Positions 1 to 13,732 of a stretch of DNA of 64,000 bases are shown here, one piece after another. A program made the position numbers and the translations under genes. Source of the DNA: Octopus sinensis (taxonomy: Eukaryota); NCBI RefSeq assembly GCF_006345805.1, contig NC_042999.1, positions 59,024,001 through 59,088,000 on the forward strand, written 5' to 3'. The notes beneath the pieces are model-generated. The model was not told the origin of the DNA, ran no database searches, and saw nothing but the letters and a program-made list of their open reading frames with translations. Position 1 is the first letter of the stretch. Every line of letters begins with the position of its first letter.

Positions 1-732
1 TGTCATCATACAAAGTGAATACCCTTGCTGCTGGATATACATTAGGAATTCTAAAGTATGAATGTATTAATGTACAAGTCCTCAGAAATTCCGGCTTCGT
101 GTCTTGCCTGCTGGAAGACCACTTCGTGTGAGACACTCCTCGGCTTTTGTCAGACCACATCTCTTAGAGAAGGTCACTCTGATATAAACCCATATATGTA
201 GGGAATGGGATTAGACATTTAGAGTACCTTTGGCACGGGCTTAAGATGATAGCGCTTCCGCATTCCTGAGTATGCAAACCGAATCAGGACTGGAATTCTT
301 CTTCTGGCTTGCCTCTGGATTATGTCCATTGGGTGAAGAGGGACTGTGAGCTGCTGTACAAGGCGTTTTGCACCTCAGATTTTAGTTAGCACAACCGCCG
401 GCAATGGTGCTTTCTGATGTTCGATCGTGTAAGAGGGGGTATGGAAGCTACGGGCGGAAATCCGTTTGAAGCCGACTACGGTAGTAATAACTTCATGTAA
501 AGGCATTACTGACATTTTGTATGATAAAGGTTCAGTGATGATTTTCTGCGGTCATGTGTGGACAACCATCTTGCATGTATATCTCTATTATTTGTTAATT
601 ATTATATATCTTCCACTGAGGAGCGAGTCGGTTTCCAACAAATGTAGTTAATACAGACTAATTCACATTTGGGACTGGAGATAAGTCTTCCATAATTTTA
701 CTGTTCCGCTCACACATTGCACTTAAGCAAAT

Positions 733-944
733 ACATATATATGACTGTATATATACATATGTGTGTGTGTGTATGATTATGTATATATATATATCTATAT
801 GCCTGTATATATATGTGTGTGTGTGTGTCTATATATGTTTATGTATATATATATATATCTATATACCTGTATGTATATATATTATACACATATTTTTTTC
901 TCTAGTTTCAGAGCTCATGCACCCGTTCCCTATCTATATATATG

Positions 945-998
<54 letters not shown>

Positions 999-1709
999 TA
1001 TATATATAAATATAATGTCTGTATATATATATATGTTTATATATATATATACATACATATATACATATATGTATGTATATCTACACATACATATACACGC
1101 ATATTTGAAAATTCATGCATATATATATATAAGACAACACACACGCGTATATTACTAAAAATAAATTCACATTGTTTGAATAGAATATATATTCTGTAAT
1201 TTGATTGAAGGACTGTAATGTGTAAGTGATACACATATTTTTAACAAAAAATTTAGGCAACGTATCATGTATAGTGTATATCTCTATTGAGTTATAAAAC
1301 ACTTTATGTTAGGTGGTACCTTTCAGAATCTTATGAACACATACTTTAAGCAAATGTATGGATACATAATTTCATTCATTTATATATGTATATATAAATA
1401 TATATATATATGTGTGTGTGTGTATGTGTGTATATATGTGTGTGTGTGTATGTGTATATATATATATTTGTATACATATACACATATATACATATCCATA
1501 CATATATAAATATACATATGTACACATACATATATATCGATACATATATATACGCATACACACATAATATATATAATATAAACCACACACACATATATAT
1601 ATCTACAGACAGATATACATATATACATATATATATATATACATATATATATACTATAATATATATATATAGATATATATATATGATATGGTATATATAT
1701 ATATATGTG

Positions 1710-1759
<50 letters not shown>

Positions 1760-1788
1760 TATATTATGTATATTATATATATGTAGAG

Positions 1789-1856
<68 letters not shown>

Positions 1857-1891
1857 ATATATGATATACTATATATATATATATAATATAT

Positions 1892-1968
<77 letters not shown>

Positions 1969-1977
1969 TATATATAT

Positions 1978-2067
<90 letters not shown>

Positions 2068-2075
2068 TATATATA
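733..2075. repeat. Compound (TA)n/(TG)n/(CA)n microsatellite blocks
   Basis: Direct reading. Similar blocks at about 2650-2940, 8020-8630, 11320-11830, 13530-14060, 14550-15530, 18770-19460, 28630-29170, 29985-30285, 32950-33075, 44715-45280, 50975-51064 and 52825-52960. Confidence 0.97.
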
Positions 2076-2701
2076 TGCACCACCACACACACACACAAAT
2101 AACATAGAGTGCGGTCAATAATTACACGTGAGTAAAAATATCACTGACATCTATTTTAACAGATAATGTTTTACCAAAATTACATGAAAAAATATATTGA
2201 AATACTAAAGTGGAAGATTATTCAATAAAATCACCATTGGCTTTAACCACAGACTCCAGACGACATCGGCATCTCCTGCAACACTTCTGGACTTAGATTA
2301 AAATTTGGATCTTGCACTTGAAAAATAATACTCATAATGCCGGGATGTCTTAAAGCGGGTCCTCGTAAAGTGAAGTATTACTGTATACCCTTTTGGTCTT
2401 GTCAGTCTTTTGATTCGACTCCGAGTACAAACAATCTTCAGGTAAGATATGACATAATTTGCTTGAATATCTCGTGCACCAACATGTTAAACTCGGCGCA
2501 ACAAAGACTGCATCGACTAAAATAAAATATATGATTAATCACTACTATGGTATTGCATTAAGTAATATCTTTTTCCCAACAGGTAACACTAAATGGAAAT
2601 GTAAAGAGGAGAGAGAGAAAGAGGGAGAGAGAGAGCGCGTTTATAAAGATATAAATATATGCGTGTATGTGTGTGTGTGTATAATAATATATATATACTT
2701 G

Positions 2702-2772
<71 letters not shown>

Positions 2773-2863
2773 TATAATATATATATATACTTATCAATCG
2801 ATTTACACATAAACAATATAGAATAGACAGACAAAAAAAAGACAAATAGACTTGAAGACAGGC

Positions 2864-2939
<76 letters not shown>

Positions 2940-3167
2940 CATTTTATTTCGTCTTTAACGGCTATTAAACCAGTGAAGCCTAAACGATAATCTCACCTTA
3001 TATCAATACAAGTTGCGATTATATTTTAAAATTTGAGATTCAGTAAGCTATTAAAGGAGAAATTTTAAGTCCCAATCTTACGTCAAATCATTATTATCAA
3101 TAATATTTCGCTACTAAACCGTCAGGAAATGTTTATTTTTTGTTTTTCTATAAGTAAAATAAATACG

Positions 3168-3204
<37 letters not shown>

Positions 3205-3269
3205 AATACAGGAAGCCGTATTATATTTCGTGCATGCGCATTGTTTCTTTTTGATTTTGTCGACCACAC

Positions 3270-3790
3270 AGTATAGGAGGGTAAGTTGGGCACCCTCTTT
3301 GAGAAAAACAGCACCATGACGCAATTCTCCCTGTCAGAAATTTCGAAACGACATGCTGTACTGCCTGGCATACGCACCGGAATCTCCGATAGGAACATTT
3401 CAGAGTGTTTGTGTGTAGATCTTAGGACAGTGCAGACGATTCGGAAAGAGTTGGATGAGTTTAATGGTGATTACAAAGGTGGAGTGTTTACTAATGATGG
3501 TGATGTTATGCCTCCGTTCAACTTCCCACACAGCCTCAGTCTCAACATGGAGGCCTACATCATGTGTATGGAGGAGATAGTGCTGGTTCAAGAGGTTGGC
3601 TGCAGGAAGACCCTATGTCTGGCAACATGTCTTTGCACCATGCCACAAAAGCAGGAGAACCCAGTCATGGTTGTCAGACAATGTCTGCGACCACATCTGG
3701 CCACCTAACTCCCCAGACTCTAAACCTCTTGATTATTATGTATGAAGCGCAGTTGAGCGAGATCCCAATAAATCTCCTTGTAACACATTA
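3270..3790 (+). mobile_element. Internally deleted IS630-Tc1-mariner transposase remnant
   Basis: HTH-like N-terminus (LSEISKRHAV..SDRNISECL..RTVQTIRKEL) fused to a catalytic-region piece; a second frame gives RPYVWQHVFAPCH..TQSWLS..WPPNSPDSKPLDYYV*. Confidence 0.82.
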
Positions 3791-4290
3791 ATTGCATTAA
3801 TTTTATCTACTCACTGAAGAAGTACGAATGGCAAATTAATTTATTTGCACATTGATACAGAAACTCGAGTCTGAGCGTAACTACAAAAATATTTATATTT
3901 TCATTCCCTTTGAAATTGCTCTTATTCGTGGTTTGGGCTTTAAATGCCCTTTCTAGCATGTAAGGTGTCCTGTTAAATGTCACCTCTTTTGTGTATAAAT
4001 ACGTAAATTGTTTGTACACTATTGAAATTTATAGAAAAACAAAAGAGGAAGATAGTTGTATGAAACAAGCAAGTGTATTAGTTTGACGATCGAGAAGAAT
4101 GGAAGTCTTCTACTTTTCGAGCCTACTCTCTTCCACATTCCGTATTCAGTTTCGTTGTGTTCAATTTCAGCCGAGGTGGACTTTGCCTTTTATGCTTTCG
4201 AGGGTCGATAATATACGAACCAGCTGAATACTGAAGTCGATATAAAGGATATCAATCACACACACGCACACATACATGTGTACCTGTGTG

Positions 4291-4325
<35 letters not shown>

Positions 4326-5420
4326 GTGTGTTTTATTTCCCACCACCACCGCTTGACAACTGGTGTTTGTATGTTTACGTTTTCCAAGCTTGCAGTTCGG
4401 TACAAGAGACCGATAGAATATGTATCAGGTTTCTCATAAATGTGAGTACTTGAAGTCTCATGCGTTCGACAAAAATTCTTCAAGGTGATGCCCCAGCATG
4501 GCCGCAGTCTAATGACTGAAACAAGGAAAGGATACATCCATGTTAAACCTTGTACTGCAATTTCTTTTACGAGTTTTTTTTTTCTTCTAGTCAAACGTTT
4601 CTGTTATAAACGTGAACAGCGATAATCAATTATTAACAGCCAATACTATAATCATTTATCTTTATAACTAATGCCGCTTGATTGTTGTGGTAATATTTGT
4701 GTTAGCGTCTCATATTTGGCATCATGTTTAGAAATTCTTCTCATTTTTCCTTTCATGAATTACTACTATACAGAGAGAAAACCACTTTTTTTATGAGTCT
4801 CACCTATTTAAACAAGAAGTGATCTGTCATTTTTTTAAATTCCAAGCTTACTTCAATTACAAAAAATTGGGATATTCTTCTCAATGCCGTTCTAAAATCT
4901 CTACAGACACTTTGTTCTATGAAATATCATTTCTCTTCCATCGCAGTTTAATCTGATGTTCCCCCCCCCCGTGCACAGTTTACAATACTTCCTAAGTAGT
5001 ATAGCACCCGACCACACACACACACACACACACACACAATGCAGGAAACAAAAGCATTGGTTCGCTGGAAGCCTATAACGAATGACTCAAATGTTTACCT
5101 GTTGCCAAGTAAAACAAATATATAAAATATTTAAATAAAAAGGATTTTATATCATTTGGCATTTCAAGTATCAGATTAACGATTAAGCAGTTGAACAAAT
5201 ATTTTCACCCATAATTACAATGGCTAGAGTTGCTGCTTTTGCAATTAATCCTTGTACTGTTCTGTTATTCTATCTTTTCATAGCACCTGTTGCTTCTGTC
5301 CGTTTTTTATTCTTTATATTTTCGCGTCAATGTTGCTGTGCCTACAATTCTGGTTGTAGTTGCTACTCTAAATGTGGGTTTTTAATATTGCAATTATACT
5401 GGTGTTAACTAATTTATTAT

Positions 5421-5696
5421 TTCATTCTTTTATTCTTTTATTTGTTTCAGTCATTTGATTGCAGCCATGCTGGAGCACTGCTTTTAATCGAGCAAATCGA
5501 CCCCAGAACTTATTCCTTGTAAGCCTAGTACTTATTCTATCGGTCTCTCTTGCCGAACAGCTAAGTGACAGGGAGGTAAATACTCACCAACATCGGTTGG
5601 CAAGCGATGTTGGGTGGACAAACACAGACTCACAAACATCGGATCTCTTTTTAGCGTAAGGGCTTCCACATAGTGCTTCCCTCTCATATATATATA

Positions 5697-5738
<42 letters not shown>

Positions 5739-5905
5739 AATATATATATACGACGGGCTTCTTCAGTTTCCGTTTACCAAATCCACTCAAAAGTCTTTGG
5801 TTGGCTCGAGGTTATAGTAGAAGACACTTGCCCAAGATGCCACGCCGTGGGACTGAACCTGGAACCATGTGGTCGGTGAGCAAGCTACATACCACTCAGT
5901 CACTC
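5421..5905 (-). mobile_element. SINE family B, full-length
   Basis: Reverse complement of the 62594 copy, with (TA)n at the internal site. Confidence 0.9.
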
Positions 5906-7669
5906 CTGATTCAGCAGCTCATGCATCATGGTGTTTTCTCACTGTTCTTCTATATCTTCGAAATTCTTTTAAAACAGTCATGTTTATCGATATTGTGCTT
6001 TCACCAATGTCTTGATATATGAAAAAATGATCTTCCTTAAAATAGACATGAAATGAATGTCGTTTACCATTTAATGTCCCTTAGCATTTTGCCCAGCGCA
6101 GATCGCCGCTTTTACGCTATTTAAATCAATTTACCATTCAGTTTTTTCTAACCTTCCATACCAAAGCGTAATCCATACGTTGAGTTGATCACACAAGATC
6201 TGCCTTGAGAAGATTTACATAGACAACGAAAATATTCTCCTATACGTTCATACATATCTCGTCTCCTTCTAGACTTAAACCGCGACATATTCTACTCTCT
6301 GTTGTCTAGTAATAAAACATATTCACTATACATATGTAGAAAGCATTATTGCAAGCCACACCTCTAAACATGGTGAGCTCGTAATTAGAACCCTCAATGT
6401 CGGTACATATGCTGGGACTAATCATCGCTGGAGATATCTTCTGATAAAAACATATGCATATGACACTGACTGCTCTACAGTCTCCCCCTTTTCATGTCTA
6501 CAAAATACTCCACTCCTCGTCACCCGCTAATCCTAAACAAAGGTTAATTTGTGCTATTATACATACAAATCATGTACCATATTAAAAAAAATGGCATTTG
6601 ATAGATTTCTTTAAAGATACTCAAAAACAAACTCCAATCTCTAATCACAAGAAGTACTGCCTCGCCTTTCCGTCATGCTTCTTTCACCCAAACGATTGTG
6701 GACTTTGCTTCTCGAAAATGTTTGGCGCCGTGCAACCTCTAATACAGCGCGAATGCATCAGCCTGTTTTTCTGATTGTTCAGGTGAATGTTTTCCTGGAG
6801 TGAAATGATACGCATATACACAAGACCAACATATACTGCGAAAGTAGCTATTAAAACGTGATACTGTTACACGTATTTAACAAGAATACCATCATTATAA
6901 TCATAATGTTGATAGACGATGTAGATAACAGTTACAATAGATAGAAATGGATGAAGGATTTCTTTGCCATTGCAAAGATAGACGTGAAAGAGCAACGGCT
7001 ATATACGTTTAAAAGACATTCGAGAAGTGTGGAACGGAATTTATTTTCTGACCAGAGATCTGGCACGAATTCTTGCAACAGTGCTGACTCCGTTCAATTC
7101 CCCAACGGCCAGATAAATATGTTAAACCAGTCGACGGAATAATCCATCAGCAAAAAAAGAAAGTATACATAAATGAAGTACAAGAGTAAAGGGATACAAA
7201 CAAACGGACTTTTTTTTAAATGTAAATGATGAGAAGATAAACTACATCGAACTTTCGAACACCGAATGAAAATGAATAAAAATATTCACGTAAAACATAT
7301 GTCAAAATTTTTTAGAAAATAATGTTTCAAAAAAACAAACGGAAAAATAATTGCTTTTAGCATTTCGTGATATTTTATGGCTTCACTTAATCTTTTTGGT
7401 GGATGTCTCCAGTAGAGGTATTGATCAGCAATAAAACAGTTAACCAAGTTTAAAAATCTTGCAGGAAGTTAATATTTGAATTATAGCAATGTTTGTATCT
7501 GTAAAAGCAACGTCGTGCTTAACGCACTGGTTAGTTCGTTTCGGTAATAAATAAGGAACGATAGCAACAAGGCTAGAGTATTTCCCTTGCGCTTTCATTC
7601 CTCCTTTACTTTTAATTGTACAAGCGCAAACATTTGCACGAGCACAAACTTCCTCCTCCTCCGCATCAC

Positions 7670-7702
<33 letters not shown>

Positions 7703-8023
7703 GCACGCACGCACATGAGGTATATTAAATATGTATGTATCTGTGTAACATCGTCTGTTTCTCGTCCTTGTTTTCGTATACATTCGATGCTTTTTTCCCC
7801 AGGACTCTAGTGCTCTTAGCTTAGTTTTTCCTTGGTGCTGGCCAGATTGGAGCAATCTTAAGATTAATCAGCCGAAATTGCAAGGATAATCTGGTTCTTG
7901 GCTGAGGATAAAAAGCTTCGAATGACCCGTCCTTGTGTTTTTGTATCGTCTATCTGGAGGTTTTGTTTCTCCATTTTGTATCACCTAGTTGTCGGATGTT
8001 TTGCGTTCTTGTCCCATTTTGTA

Positions 8024-8088
<65 letters not shown>

Positions 8089-8175
8089 ATATATAATATA
8101 TATATATATATTATGTATATAATATATATATATAATATATATATATATATGTGTATATATATATATATATATATA

Positions 8176-8219
<44 letters not shown>

Positions 8220-8239
8220 GATATATATGTATATGTATA

Positions 8240-8291
<52 letters not shown>

Positions 8292-8412
8292 CTATATATA
8301 TATATATATATATAGATATGTATATATATCTGTATAATATATATATATATATATATATGTAATATATATGATATATATTATATGTTATATATATATATAT
8401 ATATATATATAT

Positions 8413-8468
<56 letters not shown>

Positions 8469-8556
8469 TAATATATAATATATTATATATATGTATATAT
8501 ATATATATATATATATAATTGTATATATTATATATATATATATATGGATATATATA

Positions 8557-8626
<70 letters not shown>

Positions 8627-8747
8627 CGGCGTACGTAAAACTTTGTTCTCTTATGTTTATTGCATATGTATATGTTTATACATATGCACACACACACACA
8701 CAAACACACACAGAGAAATGTATATGCATATACATTTATACAGGTAT

Positions 8748-9083
8748 TCATTTGACTGGGGTCATGCTGATCAAACAAATCGACCCCCAGGAATTTTTCT
8801 TGTACGCCAATAACTTATTCTATTGTCGAACCGTCAGGTTACACAGATGTAAACACACTAACACGAGTTACCAAACGGTGATGGGGGGGGGGCACAAGCA
8901 TATGCACACACTCACACGCGCGTACACATATACAACGGGTTTCTTTCAGTTTCTGTCTGTAAATTCAATCACAAGTCTTTGCTTGACCCGAGCCTATAGT
9001 ACAATACACTTACCCAAAGTGCCACACAGAAGGACTGAATCCGGAACCATGTGGTTCGTAAGCAAGCTTCTGATCACACAGCC
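8748..9083 (-). mobile_element. SINE family B copy
   Basis: Head ends CACACAGCC at 9075-9083. Confidence 0.88.
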
Positions 9084-9121
9084 TGCGCTGAATGTACTGA
9101 ACGTGGTGTAAATATGAATAT

Positions 9122-9406
9122 TGGCTGTGTGGTAAGTAGCTTCCTTACCAACCACATGGTTCCGGGTTCAGTCCCATTGCATGGCACCTTGGGAAAGTGT
9201 ATTCTACAATAGACTCGGGCCAACCAGAGCATTTTGTGAGTGGATTTGGTAGACGGAAACTGAAAGAAGCCCGTCGTATATATGTATATATGTATGTGTG
9301 TGTGTTTGTGTGTGTATGTCTGTCCCCCCAACATCGCTTGACAACCGATGCTGGTGTGTTTGCTTCTCCGTAACTTAGCGGTTTGGCAAAAGAGGTGATA
9401 GAAATA
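9122..9406 (+). mobile_element. SINE family B copy, 3'-truncated
   Basis: TGGCTGTGTGGTAAGTAGC head 38 bp from the head of the opposite-strand copy. Confidence 0.9.
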
Positions 9407-10024
9407 GAGAGAAAGCAACAAAGAGAGGGCGGGGGCATCTGCGAAGACAGACAAGTTTGTACATAAATTGATTTAAGCTTCCTCGACATAGCTTGAGATG
9501 TAAACACTGATACATATCATCCATACAGAAAACACTAAAATCATACATTACACTTAATTTTCACTTTAACCACCGGCCACAAATTCAAATACAAATACTT
9601 GAACAGCATAGTTACAGAATACTTAGTACCATCACCAGCTGAATATCAAACATAGCTTCTGATGAAGAATCTGTTAACATTTTTGCAGATAATTAATTAC
9701 AATGATGCTTTAAAAGGAATCTGAATGAAAGAATATATATAATAAATGACGGAAGCTAACGAGAGAAATGAGAAATAAATATTGGTTCATATAGCATTTA
9801 GATTAAATAGCTTCAAGGTTATTTTGTTATAACAAAAGTTTTCTAACGCAGACATCTGCCATCTATATCACAGTCTATTTTAATAAAAATAATCTCATTT
9901 ACAAAACCGTTTGAGAAAGTCAGATTCGACAGAAATTACATCAGGAATTGTTTCAGTAATTGGATAGTAGGAACTCCAGGCCATCGCACTTAAGGGTTTC
10001 CTCGAGCTGAAATGGGTCTCAAGT

Positions 10025-10626
10025 AGGCGGCAAGCTGGCAGAAACGTTAGTACTCCGGGCGAAATGCTTAGTGGTATTTTTTTCTGCCGTTACGTTCTCA
10101 GTTCAAATTCTGCCGAGGTTGACTTTGCCTTTCATCCTTTCGACGTCGATTGAATAAGTACCAGTTACGCACTGGGGTCGATATAATCGACTTAATCTGT
10201 TTGTCTGTCCATGTTTGTCCTCTCTGTGTTTAGCCCCTTGTGGGTGGTAAAGAAATAGATATTTCGTCTGCCGTTACGTTCTGAGTTCAAATTCCGCCGA
10301 GGTCGACTTTGCCTTTCATCCTTTCGGGGTCGATAAATTAAGTACCAGTTATGCACTGCGGTCGATGTAATCGACTTAATCCGTTTGTCTGTCCTTGTTG
10401 GTCCTCTCTGTGTTTAGCTCCTTGTGGGTAGTAAAGAAACAGGTATTTCTTCTGGTTCTACGTTCTGAGTTCAAATTCCGTAGAGGTCGACTTCACCTTT
10501 CATCCTTTCGCAGTCGATAAATTAAGTACAGTCAAACACTTGGGTCGATATAATTGACTAATCTCCTCCCGCCAAATTTGAAGATTTATGTTGCTAGAAG
10601 AAAGGATTTTTATTATTATAATTATA

Positions 10627-10670
<44 letters not shown>

Positions 10671-10700
10671 TACTATTAATGTTGTTGTTGTTGTTGTTAT
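10025..10700 (+). mobile_element. SINE family A multimer (one head, three body units) with (TTA)n tail
   Basis: Head at 10025; ~183-bp units start near 10076, 10259 and 10442; (ATT)n from about 10610. Confidence 0.88.
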
Positions 10701-11412
10701 TCCTTTGTAACACTCTAGGTGAAAATACACCGGAGATTTTAGTCATCTGTCAACTCAATACTTTTTTAAAGATGTGCGCTGTGCCCAATAAGGCTGCTTT
10801 TTGCAAGACATCTATCTTGCACGGGATTTACAGTTGACTCAAAAACTATTGAAGTTTCAATGGGATTGGGCCCGATGCGCCGTTCACCACTGGTATCATA
10901 TTTTTACATTGCCCTCTTGCATTAGTTTTTCTTTTTGCTGAAATATTGCAAACTGCTGTTTATATTAATTTTTTCTCTCTCTTTCTCCCACTCCCTGTTT
11001 CTTTCTCGCTCTCTCTTTCTCTCTCACACTCTCTCTGAATACATACATATTTAAAGGGGAAAATTTGACAAGATAGACAGTCGCCCGCTGACACTCGCTG
11101 ACGATACATCGAAGAGGCCAGGGAACAGAAGAATGAAGACGTGCACCCAACACCAGAGCTGAAGACACTTCCGAAAGGGGGGCCCCGCCACGTCAAAACG
11201 ACAGATGAATAGGGGCCGAAACTGCACGTGGTTCTTCCTCATAATGTCTTGAGCTAACTGGATCCTATAAAGGAGGTGTTGTCAGCAGACCACGAACACG
11301 GCTGAAATTCCCATGCATACATAACACACACTACATACATACATACATACATACATAATACAGTACAATACATACATACATAACATAATATATACTATAT
11401 TATATATATATA

Positions 11413-11456
<44 letters not shown>

Positions 11457-11467
11457 GTATATGTATC

Positions 11468-11505
<38 letters not shown>

Positions 11506-11785
11506 TAAGAGGAAAAAATCTATCAGAAAGGAACTCTATCTCTATTAAAAAAACATCTTTTGATAAGCATAACAAATGCGCAACCGGTAAAAAGAACTTT
11601 CACCTAATTAAATTACTTAAATTACTTAAATTATTTTGTCAGCATTTTCTTCATTACCTTTTTTATATATATATACATACAAATAGAAGTATAATTGTGG
11701 TTTCGATTTATGGTACCGGTTGAGTAACTCATATATACATACATGCATATACATACATACATACATACATACATACATACATACA

Positions 11786-11821
<36 letters not shown>

Positions 11822-12156
11822 TATATTATATTCACAACTTTGGAAGCGAGCTTAACAAGAAATCGAGCATCTGTATATTTGGTGGATTGAAGACCATTCC
11901 TAATATTTGTCTGTTAATATTAAGTATTATTTTTTCAGTTGAAGAGAATACAAAATCTATTAAGTTTGTTGTTTTTATCTGGATATTAAGAACAGAAGTC
12001 CTGTATGAAAGATGCAGCTTAACGTAACAGCCTATTCAGAGACTCCTCTCAGAAAATAGGGATTTCGTCCAATGTATGTTGAAATGTTTGATATTTATCC
12101 TTTCCCTACCAATGGCTTCTGAGTAAGTTTGGTAAAAGAAAACCGTGGGAAAACCC

Positions 12157-12201
<45 letters not shown>

Positions 12202-12439
12202 GTTTGTGTGTGTGTGTGTGTGTGTATCTTCGTGTTTGTGTTTTCCCCCAGTACCGCTTGACAACCCGCGTTATCTTGTTTACGCCCCTAAGACATAGCG
12301 GTTCGGCAAAAGTGGCCTAATAGAGTAACTGTCAGATTAAAATATATATATTTGGGTTGATTTGTTCGAATAAACACTTCAGGTCAGTGCTCTAGCATGG
12401 TCGCAGTCCAATAATTGAAACAATTAAAGCTTTTCTCAC

Positions 12440-13040
12440 GAAATCATTCACCTCTTTCTCTCTGATTTCCCCAATTTGAAATTTCTTAGGTTGTTCTTTT
12501 CCTTCCTCAACTGTTTCATGTTCATGATCCTCGTGTTTGGTCCCCACTTTCCTATAGCTAACCGGATACCACCTTTCACTCCAAATAACTCCTTTCCTGT
12601 ATCGTATACTGAGCGTATTAACTTTCCCAGTTTCTCTTCTATAGATCCTGTCATCTTATAAAGAGCTTCACATACCTTGTTCTCAATCATTTTATGTCAT
12701 CCTTTCTCATTAGCAGCAGATTACAAAGCCCTGAATTTCCTCTGAGTACTTTCGGATGCACCAGATTCATAACTTGTCGAGAAGCGGTCTTTGCTGTAGC
12801 AGTTATCGATCCGCTGTATTTTGAGTCCAGGGACGATTTGCCACGTAATTTACGATCACATGATCCACACTGCACTGTCTTCTTTTTACAAGTCTTTTCT
12901 CATGCATCTTCAAGCCTCTTTCGGTCGCAAAGGTCCTACAGCACAGCTTGCACCCAGAGTTATTTGCACTTCGTTTGTTTTTCGAAGGAATAGCCGTATT
13001 CATGCCCAAGTTAATTTCCATGTTAACATTTTTCGCCTAC
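12440..13040 (-). mobile_element. Decayed N-terminal fragment of a Hero/NeSL-like (RLE-type) non-LTR retrotransposon
   Basis: C2H2-like CKLCCRTFATERGLKMHEK followed, across frameshifts, by AANEK..ENKVCEALYKMTGSIEEKLGKLIRSVYDTGKELFG..PNTR..QLRKEK. This resembles the region upstream of RT in Hero elements (recalled family pattern). Confidence 0.7.
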
Positions 13041-13532
13041 AAAATTCCCTAAAATGCTATTTGTGAGCCCGGAGTTATAGTACAGGACATTTGCGCAGTG
13101 TGATTGAACTACAATCCATGTGGCTACAAATTGATCCTCTTACTCACCCAGCCATACCCGCGCCTAATGGGGCAAATATCTTGATTTTCAGAAAGGAATA
13201 AATGGCTACCACTCATGCCTCTAATGTGTAAACATGTTTCTTGTGCTTTCTGACTGCGTCCAGTCTGAAAATATCAGTAGTCCTTCAAGTGACACGAGTA
13301 CACACGCTACTTTCTCTGTCTAAACCATAAAGAAAATATGGCGGTTATTATCAAGATTGAACTGAAGTGTAAGAATATATTGGATAAGAGAGAAAAGTCT
13401 TCTGGAGATTGATTATTTATTCATCCAATTTTGCGAGAAAATATTTATAAGATGTACATTTGTTTTTAAATAACAAATTTCAAAAGATTACATGTGATCG
13501 AATGAAATATTTGGCTAAAAAAAATAATATCA

Positions 13533-13666
<134 letters not shown>

Positions 13667-13686
13667 TATATAATATATATATGTAT

Positions 13687-13732
<46 letters not shown>

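Noticed and set aside
1-600. GC-richer block at the window start
   Set aside because: No recognisable ORF in six frames; only a faint resemblance to an RTE 5' UTR motif near 160-190, and it is cut by the window edge.
761-2118. Long ORFs rich in YI/CV/HT dipeptides, here and throughout the track (e.g. 47672-48427, 29907-30347)
   Set aside because: Translations of (TA)n, (TG)n and (ATGT)n microsatellites, which lack stops in several frames.
6365-6420. TLNVGT motif like an RTE endonuclease start
   Set aside because: No further APE motifs follow; too short to call.
10025-10605. Regular repeats suggesting a CRISPR array
   Set aside because: Units are ~183-bp contiguous SINE bodies with no unique spacers and no cas genes; the context is eukaryotic.
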